DNA of 64,000 nt from Lachnoclostridium sp. (GTDB lineage: Bacteria; Bacillota; Clostridia; Lachnospirales; Lachnospiraceae). Numbering within the stretch: position 1 is the stretch's first letter; each line of letters starts with the position of its first letter. The notes under the pieces are model-generated. The model ran no database searches. It saw only the letters and a program-made list of their open reading frames with translations, and had not been told where the DNA came from. Made by a program: the position numbers and the translations under genes. Of this stretch, positions 31,185-40,718 are shown piece after piece. The stretch is taken from contig JAETRR010000012.1 of the NCBI GenBank assembly GCA_021770065.1, positions 207 through 64,206 of the forward strand. Direction: 5' to 3'.

Positions 31185-31922
31185 TCAATATCCATAGATA
31201 TCATAAATCTCGTCCGTATAAACCCCCTGTTCTTTATACACGATCAGAGGTTTTTCCACCGTAATGCGTGATTTTCCTCCGGACAAGGCTTCAATAAGCA
31301 CCATATTGGGCTCCTTATCCACAAAAGGGTACACCAGGCGCATCCGTTTCGGCTCCAGCTTGCAGCTCACCAGAAGGGCCAGAATCTCCGCAAGCCGGAA
31401 AGGCCGGTGAACCAGATAGAAACGTCCTCCCGGCCGGAGCACCTTTGCCGTCTGCCTTACTACATCTTCCAGAGTACAGAGGATCTCATGCCGGGCAACG
31501 GCCTTTGGCTGCTCCGGATTTACCAGACCGTGGTTTCCCGTCATATAGGGGGGATTGCAGGTAACTACATCAAAAGAAGCAGCTCCAAAAAGAGCTGCCG
31601 CTTCTTTTATATCTCCGGTTACAATAGAAACCGATTCCTCCAGATGATTGTATGCCACGCTCCGCCTGGCCATGTCCGCGCTTTCCTCCTGAATCTCCAG
31701 TCCGGTAAAGTCCCGTCCTTCGGTTTTTCCCCGAAGCAGAATGGGGATGATCCCTGTCCCCGTTCCCAGATCCAGTGCCCGTTCCCCCGGCTTTACCCTT
31801 GCAAAACCGGACAACAGAACCGCATCCATGCCAAAACAGAATTTCCGGGGATTCTGGATGATCCGATATCCGTTTCTGTGCAGTTCGTCCAGACGCTCCC
31901 CCTCCCTAAGCTCAATTGTCAT
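31185..31922 (-). CDS. tRNA (adenine37-N6)-methyltransferase-like SAM methyltransferase (YabB/TrmN6 family)
   Basis: Contains the SAM motif LDLGTGTGIIP and the NPPY motif (VVTCNPPYM). Confidence 0.85.
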   Translation of the reverse strand: MTIELREGERLDELHRNGYRIIQNPRKFCFGMDAVLLSGFARVKPGERALDLGTGTGIIPILLRGKTEGRDFTGLEIQEESADMARRSVAYNHLEESVSIVTGDIKEAAALFGAASFDVVTCNPPYMTGNHGLVNPEQPKAVARHEILCTLEDVVRQTAKVLRPGGRFYLVHRPFRLAEILALLVSCKLEPKRMRLVYPFVDKEPNMVLIEALSGGKSRITVEKPLIVYKEQGVYTDEIYDIYGY

Positions 31923-32823
31923 CTAATTTTGATTTTCCTTCCTGGCGCTCCAGTGCCTCCAGCTTTTTCAGCTCCTTATCGGCAATGTCGCCCTTTTCCT
32001 TTCTGCGTCTGGGACGGAATTTAAGTTCGTCCACCTTGTACTCGCGGATCTCCTTCTCATCTCCCTCCAGAGTTACAATCACCTTTACCTTCTGGCGGAG
32101 AACATTGACACTCTGCACCTCACCCCTCAGTCCGTCGGCGGCTGTCACATGGTCTCCCACATTCGGCAGCCGGCTGTTGAGCTCCTCATACGTTTCCTGC
32201 TCATGCTTTAAACAGCACATAAGCCTGCCGCAGACACCGGAAATCTTGGTGGGATTTAAGGAAAGGTTCTGCTCCTTGGCCATTTTGATAGAAACAGGTA
32301 TAAATTCCGACAAGTGCGTATGGCAGCAGAGGCTTCTGCCGCAGATGCCGATTCCCCCTATAATCTTTGTCTCGTCCCGGACGCCGATCTGTCTCAGCTC
32401 AATCCGTGTCTTAAAGACGGCTGCCAGATCCTTGACCAGCTCCCGAAAGTCAATGCGGCCGTCCGCCGTAAAGTAAAACAATACCTTATTGTTGTCAAAC
32501 GTGTACTCCGCCTGAATCAGCTTCATATCCAGCTTGTGCTTTCGGATCTTCTCCAGACAGATCTGAAAAGCTTCTTTTTCCTTCTGCCGGTTGGCTGCTT
32601 CCTTTGCGTCATCCTCTGCCGTAGCAATCCGAAGAACCGGCTTCAAAGGCTGAATAACCTTGTCTGCCTCAACCTCCTTGGTTCCCACTACAACATATCC
32701 ATACTCTATCCCTCTGGCTGTCTCTACTATGACATGCTTTCCCTTGGGGATATTCAGCTTTCCGGGAGAAAAATAATAAACCTTCCCCGCATTCCGGAAT
32801 CTGACTCCGATTACTTTTTCCAT
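31912..32823 (-). CDS. ricT: PSP1 domain protein RicT/YaaT (stage 0 sporulation protein)
   Basis: Contains the PSP1 C-terminal domain and the cysteine cluster GGIGICGRSLCCHTHL...GVCGRLMCCL. It lies downstream of holB as in B. subtilis. Confidence 0.9.
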   Translation of the reverse strand: MEKVIGVRFRNAGKVYYFSPGKLNIPKGKHVIVETARGIEYGYVVVGTKEVEADKVIQPLKPVLRIATAEDDAKEAANRQKEKEAFQICLEKIRKHKLDMKLIQAEYTFDNNKVLFYFTADGRIDFRELVKDLAAVFKTRIELRQIGVRDETKIIGGIGICGRSLCCHTHLSEFIPVSIKMAKEQNLSLNPTKISGVCGRLMCCLKHEQETYEELNSRLPNVGDHVTAADGLRGEVQSVNVLRQKVKVIVTLEGDEKEIREYKVDELKFRPRRRKEKGDIADKELKKLEALERQEGKSKLDDN

Positions 32824-32824
32824 C

Positions 32825-33814
32825 TCAATTCTCCTTTATGGTCAGCAAGAGAAGCTCCATGGTCAGCTCAAAATTCACATTGGCCTTCAGACGCATCTTC
32901 GCCTTCTCTAACGCTTCTATAATCTGCTCCAGGCCTTCGTAGGATATCTTGGTTGCCTGGAGGCTGATATAATTGATTTCATCCGAAAATATAAGGCTGT
33001 CTACCTGCCTTGTAGCCTTAAAGAGCAGAACATCCCGATACCAGAGTTCCAGAAGATCCAGATAATCGTTAATATCTGCTTTGTAGTCCGACACCCTGCG
33101 GATTGCTTCGGTGATCTCCCAAAGCTCCATGTCATTCATATGACGCACCAGATGAATCGCATGATCCTTAAGCTCTCCAAAATGCTCGGACAGCGCCAGC
33201 ATACGCGCCCTTCCCACGTTCCCTCTGGCAAATGCAGTACAGATATCTGCCTGGTAATCGGGAATCCGCAGCTGTTCCATCAGATAGCTTCTGATCTGGC
33301 TGTCCTTTACCGGGCGCAGCTTTAAGGTCACACACCGGGACAGTATGGTGGGAAGAAAACTTTCGGAATTCGTGGTCAGCAGAAGAATCACCCCATAAGA
33401 GGGAGGCTCTTCTATGGTCTTTAAGAGGGCATTCTGCGCCTGAACCGTCATTTTTTCGGCCTCATCTATAAGATATATCTTGTACGGGCTGCTGTACGGG
33501 CGAATCTGAATGTCGCCGCAGAGCTGTTCCCGGATATCTTCTACTCCGATGGAACCGGGCTTTTCATGGCGGATACAGATAATGTCCGGCTGATTGCCGC
33601 TGACTGCCTGCTTACAGGAACGGCAGGCACCGCAGGGCGCATCACCGCCTTTTTCACACTGTAAAGTCTGGGCAAAAGTCTGGGCGAGAAGATTCTTTCC
33701 TGACCCCTCTTCACCGTCAAAAATGTAAGCATGGGAGATCTTTTTCAGGCGGACTGCATTCTTAAGATGGCTGATGATTTCTTCATGGCCTATGATATCT
33801 TTAAAATCGGGCAT
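32825..33814 (-). CDS. holB: DNA polymerase III subunit delta prime
   Basis: HAYIFDGEEGSGK is the degenerate P-loop and CGACRSC is the zinc module. It also contains NALLKTIEEPP and the SRC motif (ILSRC). Confidence 0.92.
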   Translation of the reverse strand: MPDFKDIIGHEEIISHLKNAVRLKKISHAYIFDGEEGSGKNLLAQTFAQTLQCEKGGDAPCGACRSCKQAVSGNQPDIICIRHEKPGSIGVEDIREQLCGDIQIRPYSSPYKIYLIDEAEKMTVQAQNALLKTIEEPPSYGVILLLTTNSESFLPTILSRCVTLKLRPVKDSQIRSYLMEQLRIPDYQADICTAFARGNVGRARMLALSEHFGELKDHAIHLVRHMNDMELWEITEAIRRVSDYKADINDYLDLLELWYRDVLLFKATRQVDSLIFSDEINYISLQATKISYEGLEQIIEALEKAKMRLKANVNFELTMELLLLTIKEN

Positions 33815-33829
33815 GGGATCTCCCCTCCT

Positions 33830-33869
33830 ACTATTTAAAATCGCTGCGCGATGGCACTAAAGGGTAAAG
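33830..33869 (-). repeat. third copy of the family-1 RBS-proximal module, upstream of holB
   Basis: ACTATTTAAAATCGCTGCGCGATGGCACTAAAGGGTAAAG matches CCTATTTAAAGTCGCTGCGCGACAGCACTAAAGGGTAAAG at 8199..8238. It is placed identically, just 5' of the RBS on the minus strand. Confidence 0.75.
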
Positions 33870-33933
33870 CTGGACTATACTAAGCTGTGCCTACGTGTAG
33901 TATACCACATTTCTTCTGCAAAAGACAAATTTT

Positions 33934-34527
33934 TTACATTTCCATTTGTTCCTGGAGGTAGACTGTGATTTCCTGTATGCATTCCTTTAGATCATTATTC
34001 GGAAATCTCCGTTCCAGCTTTGCTTCAAGGAGCTTTTCTTCTGCAAAATCCGCGCTGTCCGTGAGGAATCTCCGGCACATCTCCGCATACCGCGGCTGCT
34101 CCTGGCTTCTCTCCCTGTCAAGGGCTCTCTGAAGGCGTTCTCCGTCCTCTACTTCAATATAAACCGGAATTACTTTGTCCTCTCCGTAGTATCTGCGGAC
34201 TGCCAGAAAAGAATCCAGAACCCCTACCATAGCATAGTTATGGTTTTTCAGATCGATATGCTTCCCGTCAACCGTAAAATATTTCCAAACCCCGTGGACA
34301 GTCTCATAAGCCCGCAGTTCTATAACCTTACCGGCCGCCTGCATCTGTGCCAGCTCTTCTTCATCCGTAAAATGGTACTCCACCCCCGGCGTCTCCTTTG
34401 CCCTCATGGGACGGGTGGTATAGGGAACGACCGGGCGGAGATTCAGCTCCCTGTTTTCCATAAGATTTTTATAAATGGTATCTTTTCCGGTTGAACTTTT
34501 TCCGAATATATAAAATATTTTTCCCAT
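33934..34527 (-). CDS. guanylate kinase family protein
   Basis: Contains the P-loop GKSSTGKDT and the Gmk substrate motif YTTRPMRAKETPGVEYHF. Confidence 0.8.
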   Translation of the reverse strand: MGKIFYIFGKSSTGKDTIYKNLMENRELNLRPVVPYTTRPMRAKETPGVEYHFTDEEELAQMQAAGKVIELRAYETVHGVWKYFTVDGKHIDLKNHNYAMVGVLDSFLAVRRYYGEDKVIPVYIEVEDGERLQRALDRERSQEQPRYAEMCRRFLTDSADFAEEKLLEAKLERRFPNNDLKECIQEITVYLQEQMEM

Positions 34528-34618
34528 TCTTTCCTCCCCCTGTCCTTTGAGACTGTTTTCTCAATTATACTCTGTCATCCGGACTTCCTTTGGCATTCTG
34601 CACCGATTATGTTACTGT

Positions 34619-36130
34619 TCACACGTCACTGTTCCGCGAGGTGTTTCCGCACATTTTGTGCGGAGATCCCGACAGCACGGCTATTCTGCCGTCCCCGTCA
34701 AGTCCGTGCAGTTCCTGACCCATACGTATGCCCGCTTCTATTTTCCTGCAGATTCCCTCCGTAAGAATCTCCCCGGGAACCGCCAGCGGAATTCCCGGAG
34801 GATACAGATACAGGTATGCTGCACTGATGCGTCCCAGGCAATGCGTTCTCTCCAGCCATTCCTTTTTCTGCTCCAGCGCCCTGCCCAGAGTCATTGCCGA
34901 AGGCGCTTCCAAAGCTGCCTGCACTGCGCTCTCTTCTTCGTCCGGGTTTTGTATCTGCCCGCTTTCTTCTTTAAGGGAATTTTCTATCCGGTGAAGCGCA
35001 TAATCTAACCTTTCAAAATCTTCCTCTCTGTCAGCCGCGCCGGAGATCCCGGTCACATACGAATCTGCCGCCATCTCCATCTGAATGTGGTACTTAAGCC
35101 TCAGGCATTTTAAAAGCTCATACCCGGAAATGCCCCCTTTCCGGGTGGAAATCACCAGCCTGGAGCAGTCAAAGTCCCATATCGCGGCTTTTCCTATACA
35201 TTCCTTTCCCATCAGCCCTAACTTTTTCAGATCTCCGCAGTTTCTCCGGAAATGTTCCAGCCTCTCAACATAGGCTGCAAACAGCTCCTTCCCCTGCCTC
35301 TTAAGCTGCTCCATACAGTTATCAATGGAAGCCATCAGCACATAAGAAGGGCTGCTGGTCTGATACACGGAAAGATAATAGCGCAGTCTCTCTCTGTCTG
35401 CCAGCCTCCCCTGTATATGCAAAAGCGCTGTCTGTGTCAGCGCCGGTAATGTCTTATGTACGCTCTGAATCACAATGTCGGCACCCGCCGTTAGGGCATC
35501 CTCCGGAAAATAACCGGAAAATGGAAAATGAGCGCCATGGGCCTGGTCCACAATCAACGGCACTCCCTGCCTGTGGCAAATCTCTGCAATAGCCCTTACA
35601 TCCAGGCAGATGCCTTCATAGGTCGGCGACGTCACAAATACCGCCCGGATCCCGCGATGCTCTGCCAGTGCGTTTTCCACATCCGACGGCAGAATTCCGC
35701 CGTTTATCCCCAGGCTTTTAAGAATCTGCGGATAAAGATACCAGACCTTCAGTCCTCTTAACCCCGCTCCATGGTACGCACTCCGGTGGCTGTTTCTTGC
35801 AAGCAGAAGTTCGCCTCCTGGATGGACACAGGCCGATATGGCACTCAGCACACCTGCCGTACTGCCGTTTACCAGGAAATGAGTCTCCTCCGCCTTATAC
35901 AGTCCGGCCGCCCTCTCCTGGGTCTGTACCAGAATCCCCTGTTCCTTGGGATGATGCAGATCATCAAATCCGTCTATCTCTGTAATATCTATCCGGCAGG
36001 GACTTACCATATCTCCCATGTGCCGCTTATGACCCGGCATATGAAATCCGCAGTAATCCGCTTCCCCGTAATCTAAAAGCTTCTCATACAGCGGACCCTT
36101 GAATGTATTTTCATCTCTTGTCTCTGTCAC
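34619..36130 (-). CDS. PLP-dependent Orn/Lys/Arg decarboxylase family protein (YaaO-like)
   Basis: Contains FHMPGHKR and the PLP-lysine motif SVHKTLPALTQ. A C-terminal decarboxylase domain is present. Confidence 0.88.
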   Translation of the reverse strand: MTETRDENTFKGPLYEKLLDYGEADYCGFHMPGHKRHMGDMVSPCRIDITEIDGFDDLHHPKEQGILVQTQERAAGLYKAEETHFLVNGSTAGVLSAISACVHPGGELLLARNSHRSAYHGAGLRGLKVWYLYPQILKSLGINGGILPSDVENALAEHRGIRAVFVTSPTYEGICLDVRAIAEICHRQGVPLIVDQAHGAHFPFSGYFPEDALTAGADIVIQSVHKTLPALTQTALLHIQGRLADRERLRYYLSVYQTSSPSYVLMASIDNCMEQLKRQGKELFAAYVERLEHFRRNCGDLKKLGLMGKECIGKAAIWDFDCSRLVISTRKGGISGYELLKCLRLKYHIQMEMAADSYVTGISGAADREEDFERLDYALHRIENSLKEESGQIQNPDEEESAVQAALEAPSAMTLGRALEQKKEWLERTHCLGRISAAYLYLYPPGIPLAVPGEILTEGICRKIEAGIRMGQELHGLDGDGRIAVLSGSPHKMCGNTSRNSDV

Positions 36131-37344
36131 ATTGTCTCTCCATTCAGCAAAAATGCCGTTTCCGGAAACGGCTCCAGACTTCTCTTTAGAATTCCTTTTA
36201 TGCAGGCTATCAGAATCCCGTAATTGGTTACCGGTATCCCTTTTTCAGCCGCCGTCTTAAGACGGTATTGCATCTCACGTTCCGTCAGCATACAGCCGCC
36301 GCAATGGACAATAAGACTGTACCGCTCAAGATCCCGGGGGAATTCATTTCCGGAGGCAAACTCAAACTCCGGCTTCTTTCCCGTATATTCTCTTATCCAC
36401 CGGGGCAGCTTTACCGTCCCGATATCCTCACACTGGCGGTGATGGGTACACCCTTCGGCAATCAGTATCCGATCCCCGTCCTGCAGCTCCTCCAATGCCC
36501 GGACTCCCTGTACAAGCTGCAGAAGACTGCCCTTATACCGGGCAAATAAAATGGAAAAGGAGGTCAAAAGTATATCTTTTGGCGTTTCCTTATTCACTCT
36601 CTCAAATACCTGGCTGTCGGTAATCACAATTCCGGGCTTCTTTTTGAAAAGCTTAAGCGTCTCTTTAAACTCCGTGTCTTTTACTACAACGGAAACTGCT
36701 CCGGCCTCCAGAATGTCACGGATAGTCTGCTGCTGAGGCAGAATCAGCCGGCCTCTGGGCGCACTTTTGTCAATAGGTACCACCAGTACCACAGTGTCAT
36801 GGGGAGCCAGCAAATCTCCGACCAGGCGCTTCCGGGGATCCCTTGTGGGAATCATTTTTGCCATCCGCTCCTTAAGCTCCCTAATTCCCTGCCCGGTCAG
36901 GGCGCTTACCCAGACTGCGTCCGGCTCCCCGGAAAGAACGGCATCCGGCCCGAGATCGCACTTGTTGTATACAGTCAAAAACGGCGTCTGCCGCTTTTTC
37001 AATTCTTCCGCCAGCTGCTGTTCCAGGCTGTCCGCTCCTTTTGCTCCGTCAATTACCAGAAGGGCCAGATCTGCTTTTTCCAGCACTTCCCGGCTTCTCG
37101 CCGCCCGAAGCTTCCCCAGCTCCCCCTGATCGTCAAGGCCCGGCGTATCCATAAGCAGGACCGGTCCCAGAGGCAGAAGTTCCATGGCCTTATACACGGG
37201 GTCCGTAGTTGTCCCCTTTTTTTCTGATACAAGAGCTGCGCGCTGTCCGGTAATCGCATTGATGAGACTGGATTTGCCTGCATTCTGTTTTCCGAAAATG
37301 CCGATGTGGATTCGTTCCGATGAAGGTGTCTGGTTTAAACTCAT
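36127..37344 (-). CDS. hydF: [FeFe] hydrogenase H-cluster maturation GTPase HydF
   Basis: GTPase motifs G1 (GKQNAGKSS) and G3 (DTPG) are present. The C-terminal FeS ligand motifs are EGCTHH and HCGGC. Confidence 0.9.
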   Translation of the reverse strand: MSLNQTPSSERIHIGIFGKQNAGKSSLINAITGQRAALVSEKKGTTTDPVYKAMELLPLGPVLLMDTPGLDDQGELGKLRAARSREVLEKADLALLVIDGAKGADSLEQQLAEELKKRQTPFLTVYNKCDLGPDAVLSGEPDAVWVSALTGQGIRELKERMAKMIPTRDPRKRLVGDLLAPHDTVVLVVPIDKSAPRGRLILPQQQTIRDILEAGAVSVVVKDTEFKETLKLFKKKPGIVITDSQVFERVNKETPKDILLTSFSILFARYKGSLLQLVQGVRALEELQDGDRILIAEGCTHHRQCEDIGTVKLPRWIREYTGKKPEFEFASGNEFPRDLERYSLIVHCGGCMLTEREMQYRLKTAAEKGIPVTNYGILIACIKGILKRSLEPFPETAFLLNGETM

Positions 37345-37544
37345 AGCGTTCTCCTGTCCGTTGTTCTCAACTTCTTTATCTTACTATAAAGTCCCGGGAA
37401 TTACTACCCGGTATGGCAATATTGTTTTGGAGATTATTCTGCGAAGGCAACAGTTCAGACGGCAGCGGCGCAGGCCGATGGGTTTTTCCATATCTGTGTC
37501 TGGCCGGTTCACGTACACGCTGTCTGAACTGCTGCATCGTGTGA

Positions 37545-37576
37545 TCAAAAAAGCAGGAGCTTTATCTGCTCCTGCT
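37545..37576 (-). terminator. intrinsic terminator after the C40 peptidase gene
   Basis: On the minus strand, AGCAGGAGC pairs with GCTCCTGCT around a 7-nt loop and is followed by TTTTTT. Confidence 0.75.
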
Positions 37577-37587
37577 CTCTTATTCTT

Positions 37588-38682
37588 TTAGAAAATTCTT
37601 CTTACTGCAAGAATGGGCTTGTAGTTTGCCGGTGAAGTATATTTGATTCCGGTGGCTGCCGTACTTGCATGTACGATGGTATTGTTGCCGCAGTAAATGC
37701 CGACATGGCCGCTGTAACAGATGATATCGCCCGGCTGTGCATCTGCAAGGCTCACACCGTATCCCACACCGCGCATTGCGCTGGATGAATGGGGAAGTCC
37801 TACGCCGAAGTTCGCATATACGCTCATTACGAATCCGGAGCAGTCCGCGCCGTTTGTAAGGCTGGTTCCGCCATATACATAAGGATTGCCGACAAACTGG
37901 CTTGCAAAAGATGCTACTGCATTTCCGCTGCTGCTTCCGCCGCCGTTGCCCAAAGCCGAATTCTGGCTGCCGGACTTGGCTGCCGCTGCTGCCGCCTTAC
38001 GCTTTCCTTCCTCTTTGGCTGCCTCTTCCTTGGCCAGTCTGGCCTCTTCCTCGGCCTTGGACTCTGCCTGGACGAAATCTGTCCGAAGGTCCACGAACTC
38101 TTTGGATACCCAGCCATCGCCTTCCTCTATGGATACCTGTACCCAATCGTCTGTCTCATCTGTTACCGTAAGCTCTTCCTCTTCTCCGATAAGACCTAAG
38201 ATACTGGACTCCGTACTGGCTTCACTTCTTACACGAAGGGTTTCCGTCGTAACGGTGGCAACTCTTTTTCCCACTTCCGCCGCCAAAGCTTCCGCTTCGT
38301 CGCCTGTAACTACATAATCACTCTTTACATATCCGGTTACGCTTCCGGAAGTAATCTTGAACCAGCCGTCCACATCCTCCTCTATGGTTCCTGCCGACTC
38401 GTCATAAAGCTTTCCAAGAATCTCGCCTTCCTCACTGGGCAGGCTTCTTACATTTACATAATCATTTACCTGTGCAATACAGATACCGTCAAATTCGGAA
38501 GGTGTCAATTCTTCTATCACCTTTTCATCTACGGCAGGGTCTGCTGTATGTGCTTCTGTCATTACGGATGCAATTCCTTCTTCTCCGAAAGCGGAAAGAT
38601 TGCTGGCTTCCGCCCTCAGTCCTCCAAAGCTGAAACAAAGCGCACCGGTCAGACATAGGGTTGTCAATTTATATACTCTCAT
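37588..38682 (-). CDS. secreted SH3b-repeat NlpC/P60 (C40) peptidoglycan peptidase
   Basis: It has a signal peptide, two SH3b-like repeats (VNVRSLPSEEGEILGKL and LRVRSEASTESSILGLI) and the C40 catalytic motif DCSGFV, followed by a downstream His (GHVGIY). Confidence 0.88.
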   Translation of the reverse strand: MRVYKLTTLCLTGALCFSFGGLRAEASNLSAFGEEGIASVMTEAHTADPAVDEKVIEELTPSEFDGICIAQVNDYVNVRSLPSEEGEILGKLYDESAGTIEEDVDGWFKITSGSVTGYVKSDYVVTGDEAEALAAEVGKRVATVTTETLRVRSEASTESSILGLIGEEEELTVTDETDDWVQVSIEEGDGWVSKEFVDLRTDFVQAESKAEEEARLAKEEAAKEEGKRKAAAAAAKSGSQNSALGNGGGSSSGNAVASFASQFVGNPYVYGGTSLTNGADCSGFVMSVYANFGVGLPHSSSAMRGVGYGVSLADAQPGDIICYSGHVGIYCGNNTIVHASTAATGIKYTSPANYKPILAVRRIF

Positions 38683-39041
38683 TTTTTAGCTATCCTCCGT
38701 AAGCTTCTCAACTCAATTATTACAAATTTGTTAAGACTTATGAAAGAATTATAACAGCATGAATACTTGTTGTCAACCGTTTCTACAATTTTCTAGATTT
38801 TTTATATTTAATAATTTGTAACAGTTCAAACGGCAGCAAGACAGCCCTTTTCCATAAACTGCTAATGGTTCTCTATTGACTTTTCCAGTTTTTTTGCTAA
38901 AATATAAAAAACAATAATTGTTATCGTTATTAAAACGATATGTGAATTTATGCACGAAAAAACTGTGCGGATCAATGAAACACCCTTCGGGTATACCTTT
39001 ATGCACAAAAAACCCGTGCGAATTAATGAAAGGAGGTTTTT

Positions 39042-39425
39042 ATGACAGTCTTGAAGCACAGCCGTCAGCGGGAATGTATTAAAAATTTTCTTCTTTCCAG
39101 ATACGATCACCCCACAGCGGATACTATCTATATAAATGTAAGAAAAGAATTTCCCAACATCAGCCTTGGAACCGTCTACCGCAATCTTGCTCTTCTGACA
39201 GACTTAGGAGAAGTTATCAAGATCACTACCGACGGCGCTGACCGTTTTGATGCTCATGTGGAACCGCATTCACATTTTGTCTGCAGAAAGTGCCATAGCC
39301 TTCTGGATATTCATATGAAAAATGAAGATTTCATCAACACCGAAGCACAGAAGGAATTTTCCGGCCGGATTGAGGGGCATACGGTACAGTATTACGGCAT
39401 CTGCGGCAATTGTCTGGATAAGTAA
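39042..39425 (+). CDS. Fur family transcriptional regulator, PerR-like
   Basis: Contains the winged helix HPTADTIY...SLGTVYRNL, the metal sites HSHFVCRKC and CGNC, and sits beside a rubrerythrin gene. Confidence 0.85.
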   Translation: MTVLKHSRQRECIKNFLLSRYDHPTADTIYINVRKEFPNISLGTVYRNLALLTDLGEVIKITTDGADRFDAHVEPHSHFVCRKCHSLLDIHMKNEDFINTEAQKEFSGRIEGHTVQYYGICGNCLDK

Positions 39426-39457
39426 AAATTTTACTTTAAAAATTTTAAAAATATCGC

Positions 39458-39505
39458 TTGACGCTTGTTCTGATTTGTGATATCTTAATAACAGTAATCA
39501 TTACT
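39458..39505 (+). promoter_or_regulatory. rubrerythrin promoter with an overlapping Fur/PerR-type 6-1-6 palindrome
   Basis: TTGACG (39458..39463), a 17-nt spacer, then TATCTT (39481..39486). The perfect palindrome AGTAAT-C-ATTACT lies at 39493..39505. Confidence 0.6.
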
Positions 39506-39550
39506 ATTTTAGAGCACAAAACATTTGTATAAGAAAAGGAGAATAAAACC

Positions 39551-40093
39551 ATGAAGAAATTTGTATGTCAGGTATGCGGCTATGTTCACGAAGGAGATTC
39601 TGCTCCCGAAAAATGTCCCCAGTGCGGTGTTGGACCGGAAAAGTTTACTGAGCAGGCAGAGGGCCTTTCCTGGGCTGCCGAGCACGCAGTAGGCGTAGCT
39701 AAGGGTGTCAGCGAGGATATTCTTGAGGACTTAAGAGCTAACTTCAACGGCGAGTGCTCCGAGGTTGGTATGTATCTTGCTATGGCGAGAGTTGCTCACA
39801 GAGAGGGCTATCCGGAGATCGGACTTTACTGGGAGAAGGCAGCTTACGAAGAGGCAGAGCATGCTGCTAAGTTTGCAGAGCTTCTGGGCGAGGTTGTTAC
39901 CGACAGCACCAAGAAGAACCTGGAGATGAGAGTTGCCGCTGAGAACGGCGCTACTGCCGGCAAGTTTGATCTGGCAAAGCGTGCTAAGGCTGCTAACCTT
40001 GATGCAATTCATGACACCGTTCATGAGATGGCCCGTGACGAGGCAAGACACGGCAAGGCATTCGAGGGACTTCTGAAGAGATACTTCGGCTAA
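39551..40093 (+). CDS. rbr: reverse rubrerythrin (N-terminal rubredoxin-like domain plus diiron ferritin-like domain)
   Basis: CQVCGY...CPQCG lies at the N-terminus. It is followed by the diiron ligand helices (E...EAEHA, E...ARH). Confidence 0.9.
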   Translation: MKKFVCQVCGYVHEGDSAPEKCPQCGVGPEKFTEQAEGLSWAAEHAVGVAKGVSEDILEDLRANFNGECSEVGMYLAMARVAHREGYPEIGLYWEKAAYEEAEHAAKFAELLGEVVTDSTKKNLEMRVAAENGATAGKFDLAKRAKAANLDAIHDTVHEMARDEARHGKAFEGLLKRYFG

Positions 40094-40130
40094 TCAGAAA
40101 TGCCGCAAGGGTCAATGTTTTGAGGATTTA

Positions 40131-40168
40131 GGGGTATGTTGGAGCAATCCTGCATACCCTTATTTTTC
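40131..40168 (+). terminator. intrinsic terminator after rbr
   Basis: GGGTATG (40132..40138) pairs with CATACCC (40153..40159). It is followed by TTATTTTT. Confidence 0.65.
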
Positions 40169-40196
40169 TTAGGTATTGCAATAGGCAAACCGGAAG

Positions 40197-40670
40197 TTAT
40201 CTCTTTGAGAAAGCTTTTTCAATCATCTCTGCTTTTTCTTTTCGCTGCATCAGCTTGTAGTATTCGCACCACAGAAGCGGAGATTGCAGCGGAATCTTTT
40301 CACCATCCAAAGGCATCCATTCAATGATCTGTTCTTCTTTCAGTGAACAGTCAAAAAGTTTGCCATCTTTCAAAATAGAAAATCCGGCCATGACATCAAC
40401 ATCAATATAATCTATAATGAACTCCATGAATGTTTTTGTCTGATACATGGAATCGGGATTCGGCGGCTTGATTTCTCCCATTTCAGATAAAATTCTTCTG
40501 ACGCATTCAACGTCAGAATCTGCAATCATCAAATCAATATCATTGAAATCTGATGCAATACCCTTGAAATAGAGCAGCATTGACGCACCCAAAGCCCAGA
40601 CAATATTAGATTCATTGAATTGATGCGCAATTTTCTTCAGCAGCTCAATCTTTTCATATGTTCCTGCCAT
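40197..40670 (-). CDS. small pol-beta superfamily nucleotidyltransferase
   Basis: A 157-aa protein. WALGASMLLYFKGI...FNDIDLMI fits the G-[SA]...D-x-D nucleotidyltransferase signature seen in small Lnu/ANT-like enzymes. GGAGG precedes the ATG. It lies 48 nt downstream of the macro gene. Confidence 0.65.
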   Translation of the reverse strand: MAGTYEKIELLKKIAHQFNESNIVWALGASMLLYFKGIASDFNDIDLMIADSDVECVRRILSEMGEIKPPNPDSMYQTKTFMEFIIDYIDVDVMAGFSILKDGKLFDCSLKEEQIIEWMPLDGEKIPLQSPLLWCEYYKLMQRKEKAEMIEKAFSKR

Positions 40671-40718
40671 AATGAACCTCCAAAAAATCCGGTTTGTTAA
40701 TCGGAAGATGCCGCCAAA

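Noticed and set aside
33851-33868. A sigma-54 promoter look-alike: TGGCAC-N5-GGTA on the plus strand inside the family-1 copy.
   Set aside because: The -12 element does not match TTGC. The orientation is opposite to holB, and the flp copies have AGCAC at this position.
38913-38931. A classical Fur/PerR box, AATAATTGTTATCGTTATT, upstream of the PerR-like gene.
   Set aside because: It is only a 4-3-4 palindrome (ATAA-TTG-TTAT) with a poor match to the 7-1-7 consensus. The neighbouring TATCGTT-N5-AACGATA palindrome is the better-supported site.
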